Shown here piece by piece: positions 1 through 11,928 of a DNA stretch of 64,000 nt. Origin of the DNA: Hydrolagus colliei (lineage: Eukaryota); contig CM068747.1 in the NCBI GenBank assembly GCA_035084275.1, positions 5,270,001 through 5,334,000 on the forward strand, in the 5' to 3' direction. The translations under genes were made by a program, and so were the position numbers. Numbering within the stretch: position 1 is the first letter of the stretch; every line of letters starts with the position of its first letter. Below the pieces are notes generated by a model. The model did not search any database, had not been told where the DNA came from, and worked only from the letters and a program-made list of their open reading frames with translations.

Positions 1-1460
1 AAGAGAGAAAATGGATAGTGCACGTTGAAAGTACATACTTTCTTTTAAAGTATGTACCATAACCCAGAATAACATCAATGCATTCCAGTGTCTGGGCTTT
101 TATTTGTTACAATTTGGTTCTAATTTCCATTCACCCCCCAACTGCCCCACCCACTCAATTTTTTTGATTTAATGTGTGCCAAGGAAACCCAATTGACTAG
201 GCAAAAAAATAGTCTTTCTTGGAGCAGAAAATATCTTGATATCTCTACCCAACTAATTCACTCCCCTATAGAACAAACTCATCGTGGGCATCAATCTAAC
301 ATTATAACCTACATCAGTCGTGACTTGGATGCATTCCACAGGCGACATTTCCACGGTCCCAGAAGGGATGGAATTACAGTGTTCTACAGAGCAGTTAAAC
401 CATTCTGGTCTATATTTATCTCTACAATTTTAGGGCCAGTTCCCAAATCAGATCATCAGAGCAATAACCGCTTGAGATGGGAACAAATACAGCTCATCTG
501 CTTTTTGGCTTTTCCCTGATCAAACAAGGAAAGCCAAGGATGGATAGTGTGAGACTGGAAACTTTTCCTCCCTTCCACCCTCACATGCTCACACTCACGC
601 TCTCAAACACAGTAACGTTTGAAGTGCTTTAAAGCATCAGGACAAATTAGAGGGAAGAAATACTGTCATTTCTAAAGGGAAAACAAGTTGCAAATTGTGA
701 TAGAATGCAAAACAAAGTCCATTTATCGAGCAGTTTACACAGTAGCAAGCGATGCAATTACAGTGATAAAAATGACAGAAAAATAGAAACAAAATATTTA
801 AAACATTTAATGAAAAAATAACGGTGCCTGTGAAAACATTACAAATTATATGTTCACTACAAAGGAACAATTCAGTGAAAGAACAAAATAAATTTCAATA
901 AAGAAAAATAAGTATTTTACCATATGCCAATCCACAAATTACAAGATTGGGTTCTTTTATGCTATGGTATTCCAGATTTCCTACTGGAAAACTACATATG
1001 GAAAACCAAAATTTGATAAACCGCACAAACAGACTCTGCGCTCTGTTCACATGTTACACCAACATTTCAGCTATGGCTCTACAAATGCTTAAACAAGTCT
1101 GACAAGAGCCAGAGGAGCTTGAAAGACATCAAGGACCACATCGAGGAGTACAGGTTACTCACCCTCCACAATGGGTAATCTTTACCTTCAACCCCCTCAT
1201 CCCCCACCCCCACCCACCCCTACTCCATTACCTTTAGTGCTACCGAGTTGTGAGATGCAAGACTTGCTTTGCTTATTTTGAAGTGCGAGGGTGATTTCGT
1301 AACTGCTTAGTTATATTTATAAAACATAAAGGGTCAAAAATAATTCATGACATTTCTGAAAATTACATACTTATTCACAGTTTTTCGAAATTATTTATGG
1401 AAATCAAAGTCTTCGATTAATACACATCTGTTCACTTGCTCAATTTGCTCTGCTACCTCG

Positions 1461-1700
1461 CCTGTCAAGGCAGATGTTAAAGGTCCCGATCTCCTGGTGT
1501 TCTGGCCAACAATTCCCCAAATAAAATTGGTCACTCACTCCATTGCTGTTTGTAGCACATTGCTGAGCATAAATTGGCTGCCACATTAGCTTACAAGATA
1601 CACCCAGTCACACCAATTTATAGTGCATCCTGTCAAACTGTTTTGCGCTGTCTTGATGACACGATGAAGGGTTATGTCAAATGCAAGAATAATTATTATA
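1461..1700 (+). mobile_element. Old Deu-domain SINE fragment (SacSINE1/AmnSINE1-like)
   Basis: Contains ctcctggtgttctggccaac...cattgctgtttgtagcacattgctgagcataaattggctgcc and ends in an aaatgcaag(aat)n tail. Confidence 0.65.
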
Positions 1701-3054
1701 AATTTCTGAAGTGGGGAGTTATTATTTTAATTTATAATTCACTTGCTGTACCTCCCTGTTAAGGACTCGCCATAAAGGGAATATGTTCAATTGATATGCA
1801 TTAATCCTTCTAGCTCATTCGTGAATCTTTCCTCGATATACAGAGGAATCCTGTTCTCCTTCTTAGGAAAATCTTTTGCTGTACAGTACACTCAACTCCC
1901 ATTTCCAAACAATCCTTGCAACACTGGATGCAAGCACCTTCCAGATTCCAGCCTCTGAGAAACGGAACCTACTCAAGGAAAACATAATGCAAACATTGTT
2001 CGCAAAGAGTCACCTGGAAAATGTATCTTTATAAAAAGTGACAAGAAATAACATGAACAGCTGTTAAACGATTAACGGGCTGGAACCCTTTTCCTGAAGA
2101 AAAACATGTAGATTTTTCCCTTTGCTCTTCAACTTATTCTTTCAAATCCTTCTGAGAGTTCTTTTCAGGCAGCAGAATGTAAATACATTTTATCTTTCAT
2201 CAGTTCTAAGGATTACTCAATGGCCAATGTGGAGAGTTTAGCAATGTGTAAATTCCTTCAAGGTTTATTTACAGGTTTCTATCAGTTGTAAAAATAATGC
2301 CTCTCAAATAATAATCTCTCTCAAGAAATAAATGTAAATCGTTGATTGTATTTTAATACAATGTGCTAATATCCACAATATCTATAACTTCAAACAACTA
2401 TCTATTTATATGATGCCTGAAATTGGATACAGATCTGAAAGCTCTGTCACCCAACTATTGAGAAACAAAGACCCAGCAGCTGCCTATGTGGGTTTGGTAT
2501 CACATGGTGCCTGCCTTACAATTTGAAGTAAAATCCTGCCCATGCTAAATATTATCCATCGATTGTGACAGAACCCATCCCAGAATTAAACTCCAGCATC
2601 TAACTGCAATCAGTATAGATCAACCTTGTCGATAAGCCTGGTTTTGTTTTAACATTGCAACAGAGTGGTCATCAGTAAGGGAAAGTCTGGTTAAAACAAA
2701 TATTTGAGAAGAGCATGAATCCATCACAACCTTCAACATTGTTCGACTATTTCTATAGACAATGGTCCATTTAACAATGTTGTAAAATCCCTAATAGGAG
2801 GCGTGGATTTTGTACTTTCACTCACCTAAACGTTTATACCGGTAGACAAGACGTGCATAATTGCTAAATGATATCTACTGAATACATCGTCAGTGTTTCT
2901 TTGAGTAGTTTAGTGCCGAGCAATTGAAAACTTGCAATCCTATTGCTCCAAAGAATCTGAAAAAATGTAGCTGAGTTATTAGTTGCACTAAAGGTAATCC
3001 TTGGAAAACAATGAGTGTGTATTCTACAGTTCCACTGCATGTCAAAACACTTCA

Positions 3055-3298
3055 AAAGTAATTACTGTCAAGTCTAGTGTAGACAAATGTGACAGCCAAC
3101 CGTGAGGTGAAACTACTTTCAAATTCTTTACTCAAAGCATAATCAACAACTGGAACAGGTTGCCAGGAAAAGTGGTCGAGGTCATGGGCGGGGGGGGGGG
3201 GGGGGGGGGGGGAGGGGAGGCGGGTGGAATTGATAGAATGATAGGATGAGATTGGATAAGCCAAAAGGCATTCTTCATCCAAACCGATCTTGTGATTG
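3055..3298 (+). mobile_element. CR1 LINE 3' fragment with expanded G run
   Basis: ttctttactcaaagcataatcaacaactggaacaggttgccagg is the FF.QR.IN.WN.LP-type end of CR1 ORF2. The 3' UTR ends atcttgtgat. G23 at 3190-3212. Confidence 0.7.
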
Positions 3299-3366
3299 CC
3301 ATAGTGTCATGGTGTCTTTATCAATCACCTGAACAATCATGTCCTTATTTGAATATCTCATCAAAG

Positions 3367-3752
3367 ATAATAATAATAATCCTTGCAGTTGATGTAGCGA
3401 CGTCTCAAAGTGCTTCACATACTATTCTATACTATTCCGTAAAGTGAACTGACTATATTTTGTGGGAAAAACGAGTCGGCCAATTGCACAGAAAGCAATG
3501 GATTGAGTGTCCAACTTTTCTTTCCAGGGATAATTACTCCCAGAAAAGTGATCCGCCAATTAACCAACAACCGGGTCTCTAATTACAGTTGGGTAAATTA
3601 GGACATCCTCCCGACGTGAAAGGCGCGATACAAATGTAATTTTGTTGTTGTTATTGTTGTTTTGTGGCGACGAAGGAAACTTGTCTAGCGTTTCGCCCGG
3701 GAATGGAATCCAGGTCCTCTCGTTGCAAGGCAAGTCCTCTAACTGCTCCTCT
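3367..3752 (-). mobile_element. tRNA-derived SINE with L2-type tail, interrupted by a short L2 tail
   Basis: (TAA)n-tccttgca tail at 3367; body shared with the copies at 9332, 11929, 54891 and 60265; tRNA-like head at about 3675-3752. Confidence 0.75.
3600..3662 (+). mobile_element. Ultra-short L2 3' tail
   Basis: ggacatcctcccgacgtgaaaggcgcgatacaaatgtaat(ttg)n is nearly identical to the end of the L2 at 61467-61528. Confidence 0.75.
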
Positions 3753-4784
3753 GACCTTGCCACACTGCTGTAGATCATTATCCTACATTCAGCTTAATTT
3801 CCAGTGTGGAGCTTGAATCCATTGCTCACCTTCTGAACAAGAGGTGAGAGTGCTAGCAGCTGGGCTAAGCTCCACCCAGAAGTGTAAAACCATAATTATA
3901 TTATATATGTCTCGGGATATTCAATGGCACGTTGTTTCAGAGAACGAGAACCTCACTCAGACCCTTACTAAACACATCTAACCGTTCTAAAGATATCTAA
4001 AACTTAACACTTCAATTGTTGTCTCATTAAACAAGCTCTCTACACCAGTAGGTATTTGATTCACCGGTAAATTTAACTGGAAGCTTCAGCAAGTTTTGGC
4101 TCCTGAATATTTCACATGGAAAAGATTACAAACTCTGGCCCACAAATGGATTAATTTGGACATCCAATCATCTATGACACTTTAATACAGAGTGGTCTTG
4201 ATTTTATTTCTCTAACCGAAGCTCTCCAACATTAATCTCTACTCCTCGCGTAAGCCAAACAAACGCAGAGAAGTCACTGCTAGTCATGCCATTTTGGAGT
4301 CGATTTACAAAATATTTTCAGAAACGTTATTTTCGACAACCCATTTATTTGCAAATGGATTGATCTGCCTTAATACTGTTCCCCAATGAGCTCGAACATC
4401 TGTACATATTATTCTGAACATATTATTCTAAAACTGGGTGATGAACAATCAGGCATAGCTCCAAGAGCACCAGAAGCCTCCAGCACTTCACTTGACTCGC
4501 CATTCCTCACGTGTGTGCGAGGACAGCGATTCTCAATCAGTTATTAAACCATGGGAAGCATCAAAAGCAGAAAGCTGTTCTTACGTCAAATTCAGGAGGT
4601 GGTCACTGGACAACGATCAAAAGAATGTTTTTGTTTCCCCCCATTCTATGTTTTCTACTACCACAGATGGCTAACTGGCTAACACAGACCAAGGAAAATA
4701 ATCAGACACCAATTACCTAGTCTGTACTGCTCAGTGGCGCACTAATATTTCAACAACAACTTGCATTTATATCCATTACACTGC

Positions 4785-4908
4785 ATATTTTCACCCACAA
4801 AATATACAGTCGCTACACTTTACAGTATATTCCGTGAAGCGCTTGGAGACGTCTCAAAGATGTGATAAGGCGTTAGATCAAATTATAGGATTATTAGTAT
4901 TATTATTA
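4785..4908 (+). mobile_element. SINE 3' fragment (same family as 11929)
   Basis: cccacaaaatatacagtc...tttacagtatattccgtgaagcgcttggagacgtc...ggattattagtattattatt. Confidence 0.75.
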
Positions 4909-5730
4909 ACATCTAACCCATTGGGAGAGCATCATTGCCCATCTTTTGTGACAACATGTTTTAATTTACTTTGCAACGATATCCAGTCAATCCTGTACAT
5001 GTTCAGCCTTACATGAAACTGAGTACTCAATCTGAAAACAAAGCGAGCCGCTTTCAGCGTGTAGAATTTTCAAGTGCTCACCAACCACTACTCTCCCGCC
5101 TCAATGTGTACCATAGAAGCGTTGGTAGGAACACAGAGAGCTGGGACTAGGAAGGAATCTGCATTGATTAAAATGTGCATTGTACAGCTATTGAAAGAAA
5201 AATAAGTATAACTAAGGAGCAAAACATTTAACTCTTCTACAACAACTTGCATTTATACAGCACCCTTCACTCGGGATAGCTTTTCACAACTTGACATGCG
5301 AAATTTCTTCTCTGCCTCATGGGCAGTCAAAGGTCAGTGGCAATATACACAAAGTCACACTGCTTTTCAGTACATCATGTGAAGCACTTTGAAATGTCTC
5401 AACGACATGATAGAGTGCTCCATGAAATGCGAGAATTAGAAAGCTTAATTCTCAATCCTACTGAATAACAAGGGGCAATTTTAATTTACCTTTTCCCTTT
5501 TTATTCATTGGATGGCCCTTGTTTTCCTAAATGTGGATAAATGAAGGAAGGGTTTATGGAGCTTGTGCGTGGCAAGTGATGCTTACCTTCAATTATTCTG
5601 TGTGTGTGTGTGTGTGGGAGTGGTGGGGGAGGGCATGGGAGGTTTGAAATTAACCAGCTATGGATCCATTGAAGAACCTATTAAGTTGCTCTACTTCTTG
5701 AATGTAAAAGTGCAGTCAAGATTTACTCAC

Positions 5731-5902
5731 TGGCTTTCAGTGCTGACGAAGTGACTTCGATCTCTCCTGTGATGGGCTGGAAGGCTGCGAGTTGAGCTGC
5801 CATCTCACTGCCAAAGGTGTCCGGGCTGTGCCTGTCTGTCAGACTGCCATTGGCATCATCAGCTTCATGGTGCATCTCTTGCTCCTCGTACACAGCGACC
5901 AG
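5731..5902 (-). CDS. PARD3B: Internal coding exon (exon 3 equivalent) of Par-3 family cell polarity regulator beta; end of the N-terminal oligomerisation domain plus linker
   Basis: Translation LVAVYEEQE...DRHSPDTFGSEMAAQLAAFQPITGEIEVTSSALKA closely matches human PARD3B as I recall it (LIAVFEEQE...DRQSPDAFETEVAAQLAAFKPIGGEIEVTPSALKL), better than PARD3. Canonical acceptor on the minus strand (tcttctttctgttttccacag|CTG, AG at 5904-5903) and donor (GCCA|gtgagt, GT at 5730-5729). Length 172 nt, phase 0 to phase 1, as I recall for human PARD3B exon 3. Confidence 0.93.
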
Positions 5903-6240
5903 CTGTGGAAAACAGAAAGAAGACAATCATTGAAACATACAGCAGACACACATTTGACACACCGCGGGCTTTTAACACTGACTGCCCGGGTTTCTGCAAT
6001 GGTCTGTGCAGATGCAAAAGGCCTCCCAACTGTCCCAGCACCAGATGAAATGCTCATGGGCACAGCTGCTGGTTTCTTTCATAGATGTGCAGTACAAAGA
6101 AAGCAACATCAGTGGCAATCTGACAACACAGAAGCATTGATCAGTGGCCATGTTTACAATGTGCCTTGTCATAGCATAGGAGTCTAATTCTAGAGACCCA
6201 AACTGCTATCTAATGAAAAGGTCTGACTTCATGTTTGTGA

Positions 6241-6346
6241 AAGGGGAGAGAGCTGGGGAGTGGGATTACATTGCTCTTTTTAAAGAGCCGGCACAGACTT
6301 GATGGGACGAATGGTCTCCTTTTGTGCTGTAAGATTCTATGATTCT
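6241..6346 (+). mobile_element. CR1 LINE 3' UTR tail
   Basis: aaagagccggcacagacttgatgggacgaatggtctcctttgtgctgt-like motif followed by the attctatg/attctgtg octamer typical of CR1 ends. Confidence 0.75.
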
Positions 6347-8885
6347 GTGAAAGGGTTTACTGAATGGCTGGTTAAAATCCATGTTAATTTGTCATATTTT
6401 AGCCCTCCACTCTAGAGAAGCGAGAGGGGAAATGACAAGGACTGCAACCATATGGGAACAACAGCACCACCACAAAGTGGGGGAGAAATTGACTTCAATT
6501 GTGACAAGAGTGTGTTAATCTTAGCTAGTGACAAACTTGGGAGAAATCCATCACTCAGGTTGCTCTTGTGCACAACCTAAAGGCTGAGTAAAGAATAGTC
6601 ACAAAGCAGATCTGCTCACCGACTTGCTTTGACAAAAATGACACATCACTTCCAGTAAAAATCAGGTTTATTGTTTGTCTGGGGCATGACCCATCTGTGA
6701 AGGCAGACCACAGGCACACAAAATAAATAGAAGACAAGACAGTCTGTCGATCGGGTCCAGTTTCCGAGGAGAAAGAGAACTCCAAAATAGACCCAAACGT
6801 TATACCCGCCCTCAATTCCCTGGGGTACTTTCAAAACACTTTGAAAGTGGCACTCACACTGAGCTGAAATGCAGCAAACATCTAGTGTATTAACTAACTA
6901 CAAAACCACTTAAGAGGGTTACATCATTCCAAAGCACAGGACCATTCATGGATATTACATTTATTGAAATGATGTTAGACATAATGTGGAGGCACAGCAA
7001 GCCCACTGGTATTTGGAAAGTCAGGGGAACCATGTTGAAAAATCCTTGTGTAGAAGAGGGTACGTTACAAATTGATCTTTTAGCAGCGTGTCTCACATTT
7101 CTCTTGGAATATTTTTATTCTAATGAACAAAGGCGATTTTTTTAAGATAAAGGGATTTTGCCATAACAGTACAATATTCGGGAAAGAAGAGTTAAACTTC
7201 TGGGTAAGAAAAAACAACATTCTTTCTTGGTCTATGCTGAGTAATATTACTAGAGTTGGTAACCCCGCTTAAACCAATTACTCCACTATTGTAATATGTT
7301 TCTACGGTTCTAGGTAGGAGTTCCACCAATAGGTAGCTGGCATGTCTCCTGTAAAGGTCCTCTCACCACCATGAACGCAGATGTCCTTCAGAAAGCTGAT
7401 GAGAGATGTTTGAGGCTTGTGGACGCCAGCTACTCAAAGGCGTTGCCTGGAATCTGAGTTCATGAACACACATTGGAAGCTTTGCAGGGAGTTCCTAGTA
7501 CTTACCATCCAACTTAAGAAAAGAAGGTAAGCAAGACCGTACACAAATAGAATCTCCTTTCAAATAACTGGAGATACGTCTCTCTGACCCACAGTATTCT
7601 GCACTGATCGCATCCACTTCCAGAGCAGAGTTTTCATGTGCTGGCTTGCATACAAATAGGATTCCTTATTAAGAAATCTTGTTAAATAATATGACAAATT
7701 GTTTCCCGCAGAAAATTGAGGCGCCAAGCTAACATCCCTCAGCCTCTTTGGTTACTGGAACTATCCAGCTAAACAGTAGAAAAACAACCTTAGATCTACA
7801 GCTAGCACCACTCATGGAAGTAATATTCCGTAAAATGAACACTTTCAGCCCCTACTGTGATTTATGCCGGTGTGTAAATTACATATTTTAAACATACAGT
7901 GCTATGCACTGAAATTACACTCAATCACACTCCACACCGTGTCTAGCATGTCTGCTTTATATCCGATTTTATGCCAGAAAAGCCTCAGCAAGACAGAAAC
8001 TTTGAGGCAACAGCGGAATAAAAACACCAGTTCAGAATTCCATAAATCTTTTCAAGCGAGTTAAAGAGAGCACTGAAAAGGGGAAACAAAATGAGAAGAA
8101 ATTGGATATTAATTCCCAACAGAGGAATATTCCTTACGACGCAGCGCAGCTTTGTGGCAAACTGAACCATTTGTTTAAAAGGAAACCACTGTACTTGGAT
8201 AAATACCACAACTGATGATGTAGCTACCTTACGCATCAATCTGCTGAAGAGTATGTCTAACGAGCCCAGCATTTCCAATCATTTCATGTTGATTAATCCC
8301 ATAATATAGAAAGATATTCTGCAAAACTCTCCAGCCAGGCTGCCTGGTGACGTTATATAGCATTTGGGAAGCCTGGTGACAACTCCACCCAAGTCACACT
8401 GGCCATTGACTCGCCACTGACCTCAGTCACAAGACTGCAGCTTCGAGGCTGCTCTCCCTGTGTGTCCAGCGCTGTTGACTGCAACACCAAATTGCTCACT
8501 GCAGCATTCTCTTTAAAAACAGACTGTGGCTCAATGACAATGGCAAACTGATCCCACATCCAGGGGAATTCCCGGATTTTCAAATGGTTGGGAAAAGTGG
8601 GGGGGAAAGGCCCAGCTTTATCAGTGAGGAGCTCAGAGCAGAGAGTTCTCAAAAAGTTTGCAATGTTTCAAACCAAGTTCAATCCGAGAAGTGTGTGGAG
8701 AATAAACACTGGCAGCGATCAGTTGGACTGTAAATCTGCTGTCTATGTAGAGAGTGCACAAAACAAAAGCTGGTATCGTACATGTAGCCAGGGCATTAAA
8801 AACAAAACATTTTCAATGCATGAAAATAGAACAACAAATGGGGGGGGGAGGATAAAAAAAACTGCGAGTGTTGGAAGCTTGACAT

Positions 8886-9035
8886 AGAGCAGCAAGTGCT
8901 GGAAATGCACAGCAGGTCAATCAAGAGATTGAAAGAGAGAGAGAGAAAGGCAGGCATTTGTATTCTGCAACATTAATGTGCCTTTCTCTCGCAGGTGCTG
9001 ATTGACCTGCTGTGCATTGCTTGCGCTCCAATTTT
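8886..9035. repeat. Fold-back (palindromic) repeat, resembles the abundant shark Penelope-related hairpin element
   Basis: Perfect 20-bp inverted repeat 8904-8923 / 8999-9018 (aatgcacagcaggtcaatca) and a nested perfect 12-bp inverted repeat 8941-8952 / 8979-8990. Family assignment is from memory. Confidence 0.75.
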
Positions 9036-9331
9036 CATTGCCGGTTGTTCATGGCGGAAGTGGCACTTGTGAACCAATGAGGTGTGTCATCTCACCCAGG
9101 CATTTTTGACCTCAAAAACAAATGCAACTTCACTCGTCACACTGAAGACATTTAAGTCGTGAAGAAATTTCAGCAGCAAAGGAGGAGTGGAGAAGAAAAA
9201 TCCTGGATTTTTATTCCCCCCCACACACTCCATTATTCTGGTTTACACAAGGCAACAGTAATTTTGCCCACAAATATACTGTCAATTAACTTTATAGAAT
9301 ATTCTGTGAAGTGCTTTGAGACGTCTAGATT

Positions 9332-9592
9332 GATGTCTCAAAGCACTTCGTAGAATATAATGTGAAGTGAATTGTCTGTACATTTGTGGGCGAAATGCAG
9401 CAGCCAATTGTGCACAGCAGTGTCCCACAAACAGTCGTGGATTGAAATGACCAAATTACTATTGTTTTCTTTAGGGATTATTATTAGGCGTGTGGAGTAA
9501 GGAAACTTGCCTAAGGTTGCGCCCTGCCGGGAATTGAACTCAGGTCTCTCGCTTGCACGGCAAGTGCTCTAACTGCCGAGCTACAGGACTCC
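9332..9592 (-). mobile_element. tRNA-derived SINE lacking its extreme tail, fused to an inverted 3' fragment (9262-9325)
   Basis: Minus-strand head GGAGTCCTGTAGCTCGGCAGTTAGAGCACTTGCC...GAGTTCAATTCCC with Pol III A and B boxes; body matches 11929-12230. Confidence 0.85.
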
Positions 9593-9593
9593 A

Positions 9594-9925
9594 CAATAAC
9601 AACAAGAAGTACTTGCATTTACATGGCACCTTGCCGTAGGATAATGACTCAGAGAGTCCTTCACAGTAATGGGGTCAGATGCCGAGCCAGGGAGAGGTAG
9701 GAAAGGGAGTGACCATAAGCATTGTTTATGAGGAAGAGGTAGGCAGACAGAGAGGAAGCTTGGTCATGAGATACAGAAGTGGGTCTCAGGGATAATGACC
9801 AAGGCATTGCAGGGAGCAGGTTTGAGTGGATGGTGGGGAGGAGGGAGGTCATTGTTATCTGAGCAGAGGGCATGATTAGAAGAACTGGTATAAGAAGATC
9901 AGGGGTAGCACAGTTCAAAGCCAAG
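9594..9925 (-). mobile_element. Older L2-type LINE 3' fragment
   Basis: acaataacaacaag...cttgcatttacatggcacc tail followed by purine-rich sequence typical of reverse-complemented L2 ends. Confidence 0.55.
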
Positions 9926-11629
9926 CACACATTCGTGTTTCCCATTACCAGGAACTCAAAGGGTTAAACAGTCAGTTTAATGAGTAGGTTGGGGTATTAA
10001 AAGCTGTCTTACTGTAATGAAGGATAAATCAATATGACATTTGTAATCTTCTAATGTTTTGATCTTTGAAAACCTAAGGAGTAATTGAAGAATGATTGTT
10101 TTTTTTCCGATCCTGCTTGTTGAACACGGCACTGTGGATGTTAAATTCAGAATAAATAGCCACTCGTCCTTCGTTAATATTAGAATAATTTATTTTATGT
10201 GCTCATTAAGGTGCTGGGCGTCCAGTTTGGCCATCAAACCACGCTGCCGTTAAGTGCTCTGAAATGCTACCCACACAAAGAATGCTACATAAGTGCAAGC
10301 TATAGCTGAGGATGGAGTGGCTCTTTTCCTCTTTTGTGAGCTTGCGCGTTCAGGGTTGCTGATTGCAAAGCAAATCCATCCAAACCCATAGGAACAGACT
10401 TCGATATACAATGCGAATCGTTTCGATTCACACATCGACCGATTCTGTCTCACGAACGTCTCGAGGATAGAAGACATGATATCAAATGCAAGGATCATTA
10501 TTATAGGTGAGGACTCTCATCCTACCATGTGCCACGGTGCTCAGTTACCCTGAGAATAATGGGATCTTTTGTACAGTATCTGCTTTTCCACCCGCTACCC
10601 CCCCCCACCACCCCCCCTCTCTCCCTTTCCCACATTACTGCAGATACTCCCTACTTGCATCTGCTTGCAGCTTGAATGGCCAAATCAAAAAAAAACTTGC
10701 AGTTCAATATCACAAATCGGTTATAGATATCTCGGCAGAATCCTGACCTGCAGTGTGAACAAAGATACAACCAGCTCTTTGGTAATTGAAAACTATGGCT
10801 TGTGTCTCCCTACCTGCCCAAAACAATTTGCAGCCTCCAGAAACAGGTGAAGGGCTCGAGGGAATTTCACCCCTTTTGCTACACAAACTATGACATAAAA
10901 TAAGGGAATATGATTAGCCATAAATTGTATCTGACAAGGGAATCAAAACGCTGTCAGACGCAATGACATGGCTAAGGCATCTGTTCATAAAGAGCTTACC
11001 CCACTGGCAAAGTGACAAGCAGGCATATAATACCCTACGCATGATAAATTAATTCATTTACTTATGAAAAAAAATCAAAGGCTTCCACGCTACAACCCCT
11101 ATTTAAAATATTGTCAATCTCTCAGTAAATCAAGCCTGTGTGTAATACCGCTGATATTGGGGAAAGGAGACAAATTAAATCCCATATATTAGCTGTCTTA
11201 ATTTAATGTACGCCACATTTATTTTACTCTCCACGAAATAGTGGTGCATTGAAATAGTATTAATTATTCGCGTTAATCGGCATCACAAGCAGCCAGAAAT
11301 TTGGGATCTCTCATCTTTCTGGTAATGGAGCATTACAAATGTAGTGGAATTGTTCAAAAGCTGTTCAAAAAAAATCTCTGCTTTTTCTGTTTTTAAATTT
11401 GCACTACTACTTTCCTTCAGGTTTCGCTCTCTTTACTTCCTGTAAAGCTCTCCGTAAGCTATCTGTAAAGCATGAAAAGCTCTCCAGGACTGAACCGCAA
11501 GGTAGGCGAGTGAGTTTCTGTCAGTGCTGCTCCCAGCATGGCCAAGGCAAAAAATTCTTCATGCAGCTAAGTGTAGCAAATTATTCTGCTACTAGCATTT
11601 GGTATGGCGCCTGATTATGTCCAAACTGA

Positions 11630-11800
11630 TTAGTGGCTTTGAAGTGTAGTGACTTTTTAATGTTGGCAAATGCAGCAGCTAATGTGCACCACCAAAGTCA
11701 CTCAAACGGCAATGAATTGAATGGTCAAGTGATCCACCGTTTAAGTGGATTTAGATGAAGAGTGAGTGTGGGCGAGAACACATTTTGGGACAACGTGCCT
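11630..11800 (-). mobile_element. Old Deu-domain SINE fragment
   Basis: tttgaagtgtagtgact...gcagcagctaatgtgcac...caaacggcaatg is the reverse complement of the Deu-SINE 3' region. Confidence 0.6.
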
Positions 11801-11928
11801 TTATAGGCCCACATGGTCAGAGACTGTACACCAAGCATCAACGAGAATTACAGCCCATGGACGCTGTACAGTACAAATGTAATTTGTTGTTGTTGATGCT
11901 TCATCAATAAGTATCTCCTTAATGCTGA

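Larger units (their letters stand above)
1..5730 (-). other. PARD3B: Intron downstream of the exon (intron 3 equivalent), extends beyond the window
   Basis: Starts with a GTGAGT donor. The next expected exon (PLLVRRSSDP) was not found in 1-5730. Confidence 0.75.

Noticed and set aside
172-519. 115-aa ORF; likewise 17879-18319, 29494-29946, 47422-47868 and 62961-63329
   Set aside because: No recognisable motifs, composition typical of non-coding DNA, and no convincing splice-site pairs.
5723-6187. ORFs overlapping the exon (5723-5926 minus as a stand-alone gene, 5792-6187 plus)
   Set aside because: The minus ORF is the PARD3B exon plus intronic read-through; the plus ORF is its antisense shadow.
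7500-7770. Strong minus-strand donor (G|GTAAGT near 7506) with a possible acceptor near 7769
   Set aside because: The implied exon is not frame-preserving and has no Par-3 similarity; such sites are frequent by chance.
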